Below are positions 33,447-42,352 of a stretch of DNA of 61,525 nucleotides, piece by piece. The stretch is taken from positions 1-61,525 of the forward strand of contig JAKAVY010000005.1 of assembly GCA_021827405.1 (NCBI GenBank). The letters run 5' to 3'. This DNA is from Thermoplasmata archaeon. Its GTDB lineage: Archaea > Thermoplasmatota > Thermoplasmata > Lutacidiplasmatales > UBA184. The notes under the pieces are model-generated. The model was not told where the DNA came from. It did no database searches and saw only the letters and a program-made list of their open reading frames with translations. Both the position numbers and the translations under genes were made by a program. Numbering within the stretch: the stretch's first letter is position 1; each line of letters starts with the position of its first letter.

Positions 33447-34433
33447 ATGAGCCCCAAGACCGCCAAGGCCGGGAACGAGAAGGAGGACGGGGAAGAGCCC
33501 GCGGAACTGGAGGACCTCCCCGGCGTGGGGCAAGCCACCGCCGAGAAGCTCCGGGAGGCCGGCTATGCCGACCTCATGGAGCTCGCGGTGGCCTCCCCGG
33601 ACGACGTGGCGACGGCGGCGGAGATCGGGGAGGGGGCCGCCCAGAAGATCATCCAGGAGGCCCGCAAACGCGTCCAGGTGGGCGGGTTCGAGTCGGGCAG
33701 CGCCATCCTGGAACGGCGACGGAAGCTCGGGCGGATCACCACCATGTCGAAGGCCCTCGACGAGCTCCTCGGCGGCGGGGTGGAGACCCAGGCCATCACG
33801 GAGGTCTACGGTCAGTTCGGCAGCGGCAAGACCCAGCTCGGATTGGAGCTCTCGGCCACGGTGCAGCTCCCCCCGGAACAGGGAGGGCTCTCCGGAGAGG
33901 CCGTCTGGATCGACACGGAGAACACCTTCCGGGCCGAACGCCTCTCCGAGGTGGCCCGCGCCCTGGGCCTGGAACAGGAGAAGGCGCTCGAGCACGTGCA
34001 CGTGGCCCGGGCGTTCAATTCCAACCACCAGGAGCTCTTGGTCCCGAAGGCCTTCGAGCTGGCCCGAGAGCGGCCGGTCCGTCTCCTGGTGGTGGACTCC
34101 CTCACCGCCCACTTCCGGGCCGAGTTCCTGGGACGGGGGGCCCTGGCCGACCGGCAGCAGCGGCTCAACCGCCACATGCACGAGCTCCTGCGCTTCGGGG
34201 ACGTCTTCAACGCGGCCATCCTCTGCACCAACCAGGTCTCGGCGCGGCCCGACGTGCTCTTCGGCGACCCGACCGGGCCCATCGGCGGGAACATCGTGGG
34301 CCACACGGCCACCTACCGGGTGTACCTCCGGAAGTCCAAGCCCCCCCGCCGGATCGCCCGGTTGGTGGACTCCCCCAACCTCCCGGAAGGCGAGGCGGTC
34401 TTCTCCGTCACCGGCGAGGGGATCCGGGACTGA
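33447..34433 (+). CDS. radA: DNA repair and recombination protein RadA
   Basis: The HhH region reads [27 protein letters not shown]. The RecA core reads [28 protein letters not shown]...[10 protein letters not shown]...[15 protein letters not shown]...CTNQV...[17 protein letters not shown]. Confidence 0.95.
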   Translation: MSPKTAKAGNEKEDGEEPAELEDLPGVGQATAEKLREAGYADLMELAVASPDDVATAAEIGEGAAQKIIQEARKRVQVGGFESGSAILERRRKLGRITTMSKALDELLGGGVETQAITEVYGQFGSGKTQLGLELSATVQLPPEQGGLSGEAVWIDTENTFRAERLSEVARALGLEQEKALEHVHVARAFNSNHQELLVPKAFELARERPVRLLVVDSLTAHFRAEFLGRGALADRQQRLNRHMHELLRFGDVFNAAILCTNQVSARPDVLFGDPTGPIGGNIVGHTATYRVYLRKSKPPRRIARLVDSPNLPEGEAVFSVTGEGIRD

Positions 34434-34446
34434 CCCCTTCGGCCCC

Positions 34447-35148
34447 TCAGCGGCCCCGGACCTCCGCCTTGGGCGTTCCGAAGTGCCCGACGGGCGTGAG
34501 GGGGAAGAGGGCCCCGGCGGCGGTGCCGCTGGCCGGATGCGCGCTCACGTTGAAGAACCCGAACATCCCGAGGTCATAGTGCCCCGGGACCTCGCAGATG
34601 TACCGGTAGCTCCCCGTGGTGTTCGTCCAGAAGGAGAACTCGGCCTGACTTCCGGGGGCCAGGCCGGTGAAGCGCGTGGAGTTGGAGAAGCCGGCCCCGG
34701 GGAAGGCCGGCAGGGAGGTGGCGGTCCCGTTCGCGGGGATCAGCACCCAACTGTGGTTGAAGGGGGACTGCGGCGACACCTGGTAGGTCACGAAGACGTG
34801 GCTCCCGTTCGCCACGAGCACGCAGGGGCCGGGGATCGACCCGTTGAAGTTGATGCCCGAGTTCACGGAGGGCTCGCCCCCGATGAACAGGAAGTGGAAG
34901 GTGCCCAGGCCGTCGGCCCCCTCGCACGCGGTCGGCCTCGGGGCCGGGGCGGGGGACGGGGAGGACGCCGGGTAGAGATTGTAGACGGTGACGAAGGTGA
35001 TGGCCCCCACCACCAGGACCAGCCCCACGATGACCGGGGCCCAGCGCCGGAGGGCGCTCTTCGGAGGGGGAAGGATCGGCTCCTCGTTCCCGGGTCTGGC
35101 GAGGGGGGGCGTGGTCATGATGACCGGGCCAATCGACCCCTCCGCCAT
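34447..35148 (-). CDS. Membrane-anchored type-1 (blue) copper protein, sulfocyanin/halocyanin-like cupredoxin
   Basis: The TM anchor reads WAPVIVGLVLVVGAITFVTV. The Cu ligands are ...HSWVL... and YICEVPGHYDLGMFG (C-x2-P-G-H-x4-M). The likely real start is ATG 35118 (MTTPPLARPG...), about 28 nt downstream of ccatatagc at 35145-35153. Confidence 0.8.
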   Translation of the reverse strand: MAEGSIGPVIMTTPPLARPGNEEPILPPPKSALRRWAPVIVGLVLVVGAITFVTVYNLYPASSPSPAPAPRPTACEGADGLGTFHFLFIGGEPSVNSGINFNGSIPGPCVLVANGSHVFVTYQVSPQSPFNHSWVLIPANGTATSLPAFPGAGFSNSTRFTGLAPGSQAEFSFWTNTTGSYRYICEVPGHYDLGMFGFFNVSAHPASGTAAGALFPLTPVGHFGTPKAEVRGR

Positions 35149-35387
35149 ATAGCTTCGGGGAAACCGGGGAAGGGGCGGACGCGCTGGGCAGGAAGAGGGC
35201 CGCCTCCTGACGAGGTGAGAGCGGGGCCGTCCCTCTCTCTCAAAGGGGACCGGGCCAGGCGATGATCTGGCGGACGGCAGGGCCCGGCGGGACCTCGCCG
35301 CGCCAGGCGGCCGGGGGACCCCCCCACCGGCCCGCTTGGGGCCATCGGGAAACCCTAAAGCCCTTCCCCCTCCGTGGCCGGCCTCCC

Positions 35388-36923
35388 ATGCCGACCATCC
35401 TCCTCGGGGGACCCCCCCTCACCCGGGACCAGGTGGTCGCGGTGGCCCGGGAGGGCGTGGACGTGGCCTTGGACCCCCGGGCCCGGGACCGGATGCAGCG
35501 CTCCCGGGAGGTGGTCGAGCACGCCGCCGCGTCCGCCGAGCCGGTCTACGGCATCAACACCGGCTTCGGCGCCCTCTCCGACCAGTGGGTCCCCGGACCG
35601 GAGCGCCTCCGGCTCCAGCTGAACCTCATCCGCTCCCACTCGAGCGGGGTGGGGACCCCGCTCCCCCGGACCCTGGTCCGGGCCATGATGCTGCTGCGGG
35701 CACAAGGGCTCTCCCAAGGCGCTTCCGGCGTCCGCCCCGTGGTGGTGGAGACCCTGGCGGCGTGGCTCAACGCCGGGCTCACCCCCGTGGTGCCGGGGAC
35801 CGGCTCCGTGGGAGCCTCCGGGGACCTGGCCCCTCTGGCGCACCTGGCCCTGGCCCTAGTGGGGGAAGGGGTCGTGGAAGGTCCCGACGGGAGGCCACGC
35901 CCGGCCGGGGAGGCCCTCGCGGAGCATGGGCTCCCACCCCTGGTCCTCCAGGTGAAGGAGGGAATCAGCCTGGTGAACGGGACCGCCCTCATGGCCTCCG
36001 AGCTCGCCTTCCTCGTCCACGACGGCTACCGTCTCCTCCGGGCCGCCGAGTTCGCTTCCGCCATGAGCTTCGACGCCTTGCGGGGGAACCTGGACTCCCT
36101 GGACCCACGGGTCCATCAGGCCCGGGGGTTCCCGGCCCAGGCGGAAGAGGCCGAGAACCTCCGGGCCCTCCTCTCGGGGAGCGCGCTCTCCCACCCGGGC
36201 GAGGGGGCCACCGGGCAGGACCCCTACGTGCTACGCTGTCTCCCGCAGGTGCTCGGGGCCACCCGCCAGGGCCTGCGCTGGGCCGACGAGCTCCTGGCCC
36301 ATGAGATCAATGCCGTCTCCGACAATCCCCTGGTCTTCGACGGGGCCATCCTCTCCGGGGGGAACTTCCACGGACAGCCCCTCGCCCTGGCCCTGGACAC
36401 CCTCGCCCTCGCCCTGAGCTACGTGGGGACGATCTCCGAGCGTCGTGTGGCCCGCCTCGTCGATGCCAAGCTCTCCCGGGGCCTTCCCGCCTTCCTTTCC
36501 GGGAGCCCGGGGTCCGCCTCCGGTTACATGATCCCCCCCTACGTGGCCGCGGCGCTGGTGGCGGAGAACCAGCTCTCCGTCCACCCGGCCAGCGCCCTCT
36601 CCCTCCCCACCTCGGCGAACCAGGAGGACTTCAACAGCCAGGGCGCCACGGCGGGGGCCAAGGGCCGTCACCTGCTGGAGAACCTCTTCCGGGGAGTGGC
36701 GGTGGAGTTCCTTCTGGCCGGGCAGGCCCTAGAACTGCGTCGCCCGTTGCGCGGAGGGGTGGGGAGCGAGGCGGCGCTGGCCGCCCTGAGGCGGCGGGTC
36801 CCGCCGCTGACGGAGGACCGCCCCCCCGCCCCGGACCTCGAAGGGATCTTCCGGGGCCTGATGGACGGCACCCTTCTCCGGGAGATGGAGGAGACCATCG
36901 TCTCCGGAGGCCCGCCGCGTTAG
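35388..36923 (+). CDS. hutH: Histidine ammonia-lyase (aromatic amino acid lyase family, MIO cofactor)
   Basis: The product reads YGINTGFGALSD...LIRSHSSGVG...GSVGASGDLAPLAHLAL (the ASG MIO triad)...NGTALM...QDPYVLRCLPQV...SDNPLVF...GGNFHGQP...SANQEDFNS. I chose the internal ATG at 35388, which is preceded by ccctaaagcc at about -30. Confidence 0.9.
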   Translation: MPTILLGGPPLTRDQVVAVAREGVDVALDPRARDRMQRSREVVEHAAASAEPVYGINTGFGALSDQWVPGPERLRLQLNLIRSHSSGVGTPLPRTLVRAMMLLRAQGLSQGASGVRPVVVETLAAWLNAGLTPVVPGTGSVGASGDLAPLAHLALALVGEGVVEGPDGRPRPAGEALAEHGLPPLVLQVKEGISLVNGTALMASELAFLVHDGYRLLRAAEFASAMSFDALRGNLDSLDPRVHQARGFPAQAEEAENLRALLSGSALSHPGEGATGQDPYVLRCLPQVLGATRQGLRWADELLAHEINAVSDNPLVFDGAILSGGNFHGQPLALALDTLALALSYVGTISERRVARLVDAKLSRGLPAFLSGSPGSASGYMIPPYVAAALVAENQLSVHPASALSLPTSANQEDFNSQGATAGAKGRHLLENLFRGVAVEFLLAGQALELRRPLRGGVGSEAALAALRRRVPPLTEDRPPAPDLEGIFRGLMDGTLLREMEETIVSGGPPR

Positions 36924-36973
36924 CCCCGTTCTCCCCCGGAGGGGGACCGGGGGGTCGGGGAGGCCTTCGCGAG

Positions 36974-37615
36974 GTGAACCTAAGGTATTTAAGGGACGGT
37001 TTCGCTTTGTTACAAGATACCCGTCCAGGGTATCGAGGCGGTGAGATCGTGGTGGCGCTCAGTGCCCATGAGCGGGAGTTCCTCCTCTCCCTGCTGGAGG
37101 ACGGGATGCTGAGCAATACCGAGGTGGCGACGCGCCTGGGCATCAGCCCCACCGCGGCCCGGAAGATCCGGCTGAAGCTGGAACGCACGGGGATCATCCA
37201 GGGGTACCGCCCCGTGCTCAACCTGGGGGCGCTCGGGGTGGAGGTCTTCACCCTCCTGGAGCTCCGGCTCACCCCGAAGGGATGGGCCGCCGGGGGGGGC
37301 GCGGGGGTCCAGGCCGACCTCCTCAAGCACGACCACGTCCTCGCCCTCTACCGCCTCCCCGAGGGGGAGGTGAGCCACCTGGTCCTCACCGGCTTCCGAA
37401 ACATGGAAGAGGTCGACCGCTTCCTCCATGTGCTGCAGTCGCAGTATTCCGAATATCTGGAGATCCATCGGGCGTATACCTTGTCGCACAAGAGCATTCT
37501 TAAGGAGAACCCCGCTACCTTGCTCACGAAAGTACTGCTGGAGGGGGAGGAGGCACGGCTGCCCGGCGGGCTCCGTCCCACCCCCGCCCCGCTCCCGGGA
37601 GGCGAAGAGGATTGA
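36974..37615 (+). CDS. Lrp/AsnC-family transcriptional regulator
   Basis: The wHTH reads EREFLLSLLEDGMLSNTEVATRLGISPTAARKIRLKLERTGIIQGYRPVLN, followed by a RAM-like fold (VEVFTLLELRL...HLVLTGFRNMEEVDRFLHVLQS). The start is GTG 36974 (track) or, more likely, GTG 37049. Confidence 0.75.
   Translation: MNLRYLRDGFALLQDTRPGYRGGEIVVALSAHEREFLLSLLEDGMLSNTEVATRLGISPTAARKIRLKLERTGIIQGYRPVLNLGALGVEVFTLLELRLTPKGWAAGGGAGVQADLLKHDHVLALYRLPEGEVSHLVLTGFRNMEEVDRFLHVLQSQYSEYLEIHRAYTLSHKSILKENPATLLTKVLLEGEEARLPGGLRPTPAPLPGGEED
36984..36994 (+). promoter_or_regulatory. TATA-like word ggtatttaagg, which lies inside the longest version of the Lrp ORF
   Basis: It is a strong A/T island of the same word family as the ftsZ promoter. 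It argues for the downstream GTG at 37049 as the real start. Confidence 0.45.
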
Positions 37616-37995
37616 CCGAGGTGGCCCTGATCGCCGGGAACGAGGAGACCCGGGAGGTCCTGCGGGCGCTCCTCCGGCTCCACCACCACCGGGTCCAGGG
37701 GGAGGGGCGGGGGGTCGCGGACGCCCGGCGCCTGCTCCGATCCGGGTTCAAGGGCGTGCTTTTCGTGGACGCGGAGCTCTCGGACGGGAGTTGGACGGAC
37801 GTCCTGGAGAGCGCCCAGGAATCCCGTCCCCCGGTCCCTTCGGTGCTCATCAGCCCGTTCTACGGCGCCGAGTTCGAGGAAAAGGCCCGGAAGCTCGGGG
37901 TCGGGGCCATCCTGCTCCGCCCCTTCGAGATCCCGGAGCTCTTGGACGCCATCGAGCGGGTGGACGGGAAGCGGAGCCAGAAGAGCCAGGCCTGA
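37612..37995 (+). CDS. Stand-alone receiver (CheY-like REC) domain protein with atypical conserved residues
   Basis: The product reads VALIAGNEETREVLRALL...VLFVDAELSDGSW...VLISPF...AILLRPFEIPELLDAI. The phospho-acceptor Asp context is present. The N-terminal DD pair is replaced by NEE and the conserved Lys by Arg. A TTGA overlap joins it to the Lrp gene. Confidence 0.7.
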   Translation: MTEVALIAGNEETREVLRALLRLHHHRVQGEGRGVADARRLLRSGFKGVLFVDAELSDGSWTDVLESAQESRPPVPSVLISPFYGAEFEEKARKLGVGAILLRPFEIPELLDAIERVDGKRSQKSQA

Positions 37996-38271
37996 TCGAC
38001 CTCGGTCCCACTTCCCCCGGCGGGTGGCCCGGCACCGTCGGAGGAGGGGAGGACCGCTCCCCCCGGGCGGCCTCGCTTCCGCCAGGCGGTGAGAAAGCGA
38101 TCCCCGATGAGAAGGGGAACGGTGGCCCCCCGCGGGGGGAACGGGGGGGCGTCCCCTCCGCGTACCGGCAGGGGAAGGTCGTGGGACGCGTATAGCGGCC
38201 GGCCCTGGGGCCCCCGGGAGACGAGCATCCCAAGGAGCTCCCTCCCTGGGACGGGTACGGAGGGTGGCGAC

Positions 38272-39249
38272 CTAGGTGGGAGGGTCCTCGAGGAAGCTGG
38301 CCGAGGGAGCGAAGAAGAGGTTCCCGGTGCGCGGACGGCTGTAGTCCAGCAACCGGTCGTAGTTGCCGGGAGGATCGCCCACGAACATCCTCTCCAGCAT
38401 CCGTTCCAGGGTCCGGGGAGAGCGGCTGTAGCCGAGGAAATAGGTGCCGAAGACCCCCCGGGAGGGCTCCCCGAACGGCATGTTGTCCCTCAGGACCTTG
38501 ATCTCCTCGCCGTCCTCGACGATCTGGGTCAGGGCCGTGTGCGCGAAGGAGGGCTTCGCCGCGTCGGCGAGCTCCACGTCGGTCCACTTCGTCCGGCCGA
38601 TGATCCGCTCCTGGTCCTCCGTGGGCAGGGCGTTCCAGGCCGCCAGGTCGTGCTCGTACCTCTGCACCAGGACGTAGCTCCCCCCCGCGAAGCGGGGGTC
38701 CTCCGGGCCGACGAGGACCGCGTCCGCCGCCTCCTGTCCCTCCGGGTTCTCCGTCCCGTCGACGAACCCCAAAAGGTCCCTTTGGTCGAAGTAGCGGAAC
38801 CCGTGGACCTCGTCCAAGGGGACCCCCGAACCCTTCAGACGCTCCATGAGCTGCGTGGCCAGCTCAAAGGCCAGGTCCGGGCGGTTGGACCGGAGGTGGA
38901 AGAAGAGGTCCCCGGGGGTGGCGAGCGCGTGGCGCCCCTCGGCCCGGAACTCCCTGAACGCATGCAATTCCGCCGGGCGGGGCGGGCCGAAGAGCCGGTC
39001 CCAGGCCTCGGAACCGAACCCCATCACGCAGGAGAGCCCGTCCTCCGGTTCCCGGAACCCCACCGCCCGGACCAGGCCCGAGAGGTCAGGGCACAGACGG
39101 AGGACCGCTTCCCGGGCCTCCGTCCCTTCCCGGAGGCCCAGGGTCAGGAAGATCGCGCTCCGGGAGATGGGAGCGGCCACGGCCTGCGGACGCCCTTGCG
39201 TCGGGCCCGGGTCCCGGTTCCCGTCCGTCGATCCCATCTCGTCCCTCAA
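38272..39249 (-). CDS. Dye-decolorizing (DyP-type) peroxidase
   Basis: The product reads IFLTLGLREG...CVMGFGSEAW...LFFHLRSNR...RDLLGFVDGTENP (the GxxDG motif)...GSYVLVQRY...RDNMPFG...GTYFLGYS...LFFAPS. Confidence 0.88.
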   Translation of the reverse strand: MRDEMGSTDGNRDPGPTQGRPQAVAAPISRSAIFLTLGLREGTEAREAVLRLCPDLSGLVRAVGFREPEDGLSCVMGFGSEAWDRLFGPPRPAELHAFREFRAEGRHALATPGDLFFHLRSNRPDLAFELATQLMERLKGSGVPLDEVHGFRYFDQRDLLGFVDGTENPEGQEAADAVLVGPEDPRFAGGSYVLVQRYEHDLAAWNALPTEDQERIIGRTKWTDVELADAAKPSFAHTALTQIVEDGEEIKVLRDNMPFGEPSRGVFGTYFLGYSRSPRTLERMLERMFVGDPPGNYDRLLDYSRPRTGNLFFAPSASFLEDPPT

Positions 39250-39444
39250 CCTCCCCTCCCCTAAAGGGATGTGGGGGGTGGGCGGGGAGGAGATTCCCGG
39301 GCCCGGGAACGCCTCCGGCCCGGCGCCGAAGAGGTTCCCCAGAGCGTCGTTCCGTTCCCTGTCCCAAGGCCCGGAACTACGGTCCGATCGCGCGATCCGG
39401 CCCGGTCGGGGAGGTCCCGTGGGAAGGGCGTATGGCCGGCACCC

Positions 39445-40014
39445 TCAAGGTCGCGGGAAGGGGCGACCGAGGTAGAGCACCCGGGCCAGGAAGGACCGGG
39501 GGCGGCCGGCCAGATGCCGGAGAAGGTACGGGTCCAGGGCCCAGGACCGGCCCGCGGGGGCCAGGAAGAGCCCCACCGCGAGAAGCAGGTAGAGAGGGTG
39601 GGGGCCCACATCCGTCCCTCCGGGGAAGTAGAAGGTGGCCCCCCACTGGGTCAGAAGGAAGAACCCCGAGAGGAAAAACCCCACCACACAGGCCCACCGG
39701 GTCGTGGTGCCGGTGAGGAACGCGAAGGCCAGGTAGGCGGTGGCCACCGCGATGAGGACGGAGAAGACCGCCCCATGGGCGGCCACGAACTGGGCGAGCC
39801 CGGGACCCCCTAACGTGGTGGGGGCGTAGGAGGCGGCCGCAGCGGAAAAGGTGGGGAAGAACTGGTTCGCCGGGTCCACGATGAAGACGAGGTTCATCGC
39901 CCAGACGAGCCCCAACCCGATCCGGAGGACCTCCACCGCCAGCCCGGCGCGTCCCCCCATCCTCGCCGGCGCCGACGAGGGGGGATCTCGCTGCGGGGTG
40001 GCCATGATCGACAT
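39445..40014 (-). CDS. Integral membrane protein (DoxX-like, tentative)
   Basis: There are four hydrophobic helices: LAVEVLRIGLGLVWAMNLVF, AVFSVLIAVATAYLAFAFL, WACVVGFFLSGFFLLTQW and PLYLLLAVGLFLA. Confidence 0.55.
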   Translation of the reverse strand: MSIMATPQRDPPSSAPARMGGRAGLAVEVLRIGLGLVWAMNLVFIVDPANQFFPTFSAAAASYAPTTLGGPGLAQFVAAHGAVFSVLIAVATAYLAFAFLTGTTTRWACVVGFFLSGFFLLTQWGATFYFPGGTDVGPHPLYLLLAVGLFLAPAGRSWALDPYLLRHLAGRPRSFLARVLYLGRPFPRP

Positions 40015-40158
40015 CCTGGAAAGGGGAGAGGGGTCGGACCGACCCCGCTTGATCCTCCGTAAACCCTCGCCGGGGCAACTCCGGGGGGCCTCTCGATCGC
40101 CTTGGGCCGGTCCGATCCCTCAGAACGACCACCCACGAACCGGGAGATGAAGGGTCGG

Positions 40159-42321
40159 TCAACGGGGCTTGACGGACCGGGAGGGACGAGGTCGGGAGCG
40201 GGGAGGGGGCCCCGGGACCTTCCCCTGCCCGTCCCGGGGCAGGACCTCCCACAGGAAGGTGAACTGGTTGGTCAGATGCGAGGTCACGTCCTCCAGGGAC
40301 TGGGGCCCGTGCCCGAAGGAACGGTAGGCGCGCAGGAAGAGAGGCCGCCCCGAGGTGCTGGAGGCCTGGAGCCGGGCGATCATCTTCCGGGAATGGTAGG
40401 GGTTCACCCGATGGTCGTTCTCCCCCGTGGTCAGGAGCACCGCGGGGTAGGCCTTCCCCGGCTCGACCCGGTGGTACGGGGAGTACGCTCGCATCGCCGC
40501 GAACTGCTCCGGGTCCTTCACGGTCCCGAACTCCGGGATGTTGAACTCGCCGTTCGCCTCCCGCTCGCTACGTAGCGCGTCGAAGACCCCCACGTCCCCG
40601 AGCACCGCGCTGGCGAGCTCGGGACGCTGGGTCAAGAGCGCCCCCACGGTCAATCCCCCGTTGCTCCCGCCGATCACCGCCAGGCGATCCGGCCGGACGT
40701 ACCGCCCACGCACCAGGTGCTCGGCACAGGCGATGAAATCGTCAAAGACGTTCTGCTTCTGGGTGAGCCGCCCGGCCTTGTGCCACGCCTCCCCGAACTC
40801 CCCGCCCCCCCGGAGGTGGGCCACGGCCCGGGCTCCCCCTTCCTGATACCACGCCGCGAAGGGCAGCTCGTGGTCCGGACCGAGCGAGATCCCGTAGCCC
40901 CCGTATCCCTCCAAAAGGAGCGGGGCCGGGCCACCCTTACGGAACCCCCGGGGCAACAGCAGCGTCAGCGGGACCTTCGTCCCGTCCTTGGAGGTGGCCA
41001 TCTCCTGGCGGATGGTGAGGCCCCGGAGCACGGGGAGCGGCGGGAACGTCAGCGGGCTGCGCCGCGGGCGCAGGCTCCCCGGGGAGAGGGCCCAGACCCC
41101 CCGAGGCTCCCGGTAGTCCGACAGCAAGAACAAAAGATCTCCCCCCGGGACACCGGTGAGGGCGGAAGGCTCCGAGAAGGCCGGGGTCCGGACCGTCCGC
41201 GGCGCGGGAGGGTGTCGGGAGAGCGAAAGCTCCACCAGCCGCCCGACGCCCCCTCGCTGCTGGGCCACGTAGAGCGCCCCGCGGTGGGGGCAGATCTCCT
41301 CGCAGGACCACGGCCCGGCGGGGAGGAGCTCCTCGGCCTCGGAGAGGGCCGCCTTCCCCGGGGGGAGGTGAAGGACCCGGCCACCGGTGTCGCCCCGGAA
41401 GTCGAGGAGGAAGAGCCCCTCCCGACCGAGGACCGCGTGCTTGATCCCATCCTCCGGGGTGGTCACCCGCTGGACCCGTCCGTCGGGGGTCCTCACGTAA
41501 TGGCTGAACTCGCCCCCGTCCCCGTGGGCCACGCTGACCAGGAGCCCCCCGGTCCCGGGCTCCAGGGAGAGGCGGATCTCCGCGTCCCGGGGAAGCTCGG
41601 GTCCTAAGACCTCCCGGTCCTGGGCAGGGTCGGCCCCCCACGCATGGTAGTACACCCGCTGGAAGAACGACCGGTCCTCCTCCGGGCGCTCCTCCCCGGG
41701 GTAGCGCGTGTAGTAGATCCCCCGGCCGTCGGGGGCCCAGGCGGCGCTCCCTCCCGCCGTTGCGCCATGGACCCGGGGGAGCGTCTCCCCGGTGAAGCGC
41801 TTGCGCTCCAGGTCCAGGAGCTGAAGAGGGCCCTGCTCGCTCCCGCCCCGGGAGAGGCAGAGCGCCACCCGTCTCCCGTCCGGGGACGGGGAGATCAGAT
41901 CGATGGAGACCCCGGCGCGACCCCCGATCCGGGAGGGATCGAGGACCAGCTGCCCCCGACGGGGGGAAAGGTCCGGCGGATAGACCCACAGGCAGGGGCG
42001 CGGATGCTTCGGGTCGGAGCGCAGGAGGAAGACCCTCGCCGCTCCCGGGCCGTTCTCTCCGGGGGCTCCCGGGGTCCAGATCCCCAGGATGCTTCGGCGC
42101 CCGCGCCGGTAGAAGGCGGTGACCTCCCGCCGGACCCTCCGGCGCAGGGGGCTGCTCTCCAACCAGGACCGGGCCCGCCGGTCCTGCGCCCGGGTCCATC
42201 GGACCACCTCCGGGTCCGTCCCATCCTCGAGCCAGCGGTACTCGTCCACCACCGCCTGGCCATGGTACTCGTCCGTGACCGGGCGTCGAGGGGTGACCGG
42301 TGCCGGGGCCGGCTCGTGCAT
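40159..42321 (-). CDS. Prolyl oligopeptidase (S9A serine peptidase)
   Basis: The N-terminal signature is PVTDEYHGQAVVDEYRWLEDGTDPEVVRWTRAQ, followed by beta-propeller-like sequence. The catalytic domain reads LLLEGYGGYGIS...GGSNGGLTVGA (nucleophile)...TGENDHRV...GHG. Confidence 0.9.
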   Translation of the reverse strand: MHEPAPAPVTPRRPVTDEYHGQAVVDEYRWLEDGTDPEVVRWTRAQDRRARSWLESSPLRRRVRREVTAFYRRGRRSILGIWTPGAPGENGPGAARVFLLRSDPKHPRPCLWVYPPDLSPRRGQLVLDPSRIGGRAGVSIDLISPSPDGRRVALCLSRGGSEQGPLQLLDLERKRFTGETLPRVHGATAGGSAAWAPDGRGIYYTRYPGEERPEEDRSFFQRVYYHAWGADPAQDREVLGPELPRDAEIRLSLEPGTGGLLVSVAHGDGGEFSHYVRTPDGRVQRVTTPEDGIKHAVLGREGLFLLDFRGDTGGRVLHLPPGKAALSEAEELLPAGPWSCEEICPHRGALYVAQQRGGVGRLVELSLSRHPPAPRTVRTPAFSEPSALTGVPGGDLLFLLSDYREPRGVWALSPGSLRPRRSPLTFPPLPVLRGLTIRQEMATSKDGTKVPLTLLLPRGFRKGGPAPLLLEGYGGYGISLGPDHELPFAAWYQEGGARAVAHLRGGGEFGEAWHKAGRLTQKQNVFDDFIACAEHLVRGRYVRPDRLAVIGGSNGGLTVGALLTQRPELASAVLGDVGVFDALRSEREANGEFNIPEFGTVKDPEQFAAMRAYSPYHRVEPGKAYPAVLLTTGENDHRVNPYHSRKMIARLQASSTSGRPLFLRAYRSFGHGPQSLEDVTSHLTNQFTFLWEVLPRDGQGKVPGPPPRSRPRPSRSVKPR

Positions 42322-42352
42322 GAGGCTGCGGGAGCCTTCCCTTCCTATTAGC

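Noticed and set aside
35116-35209. Box C/D sRNA candidate (AUGAUGA at 35116-35122, CUGA at 35206-35209)
   Set aside because: The boxes are about 90 nt apart, with no C'/D' boxes or terminal stem. The AUGAUGA is simply the complement of the cupredoxin start region.
38272-39249. DyP peroxidase as cargo of an encapsulin nanocompartment
   Set aside because: No encapsulin shell gene lies on either side. The 276 nt downstream are non-coding, and the DyP C-terminus lacks a recognisable cargo-loading peptide.
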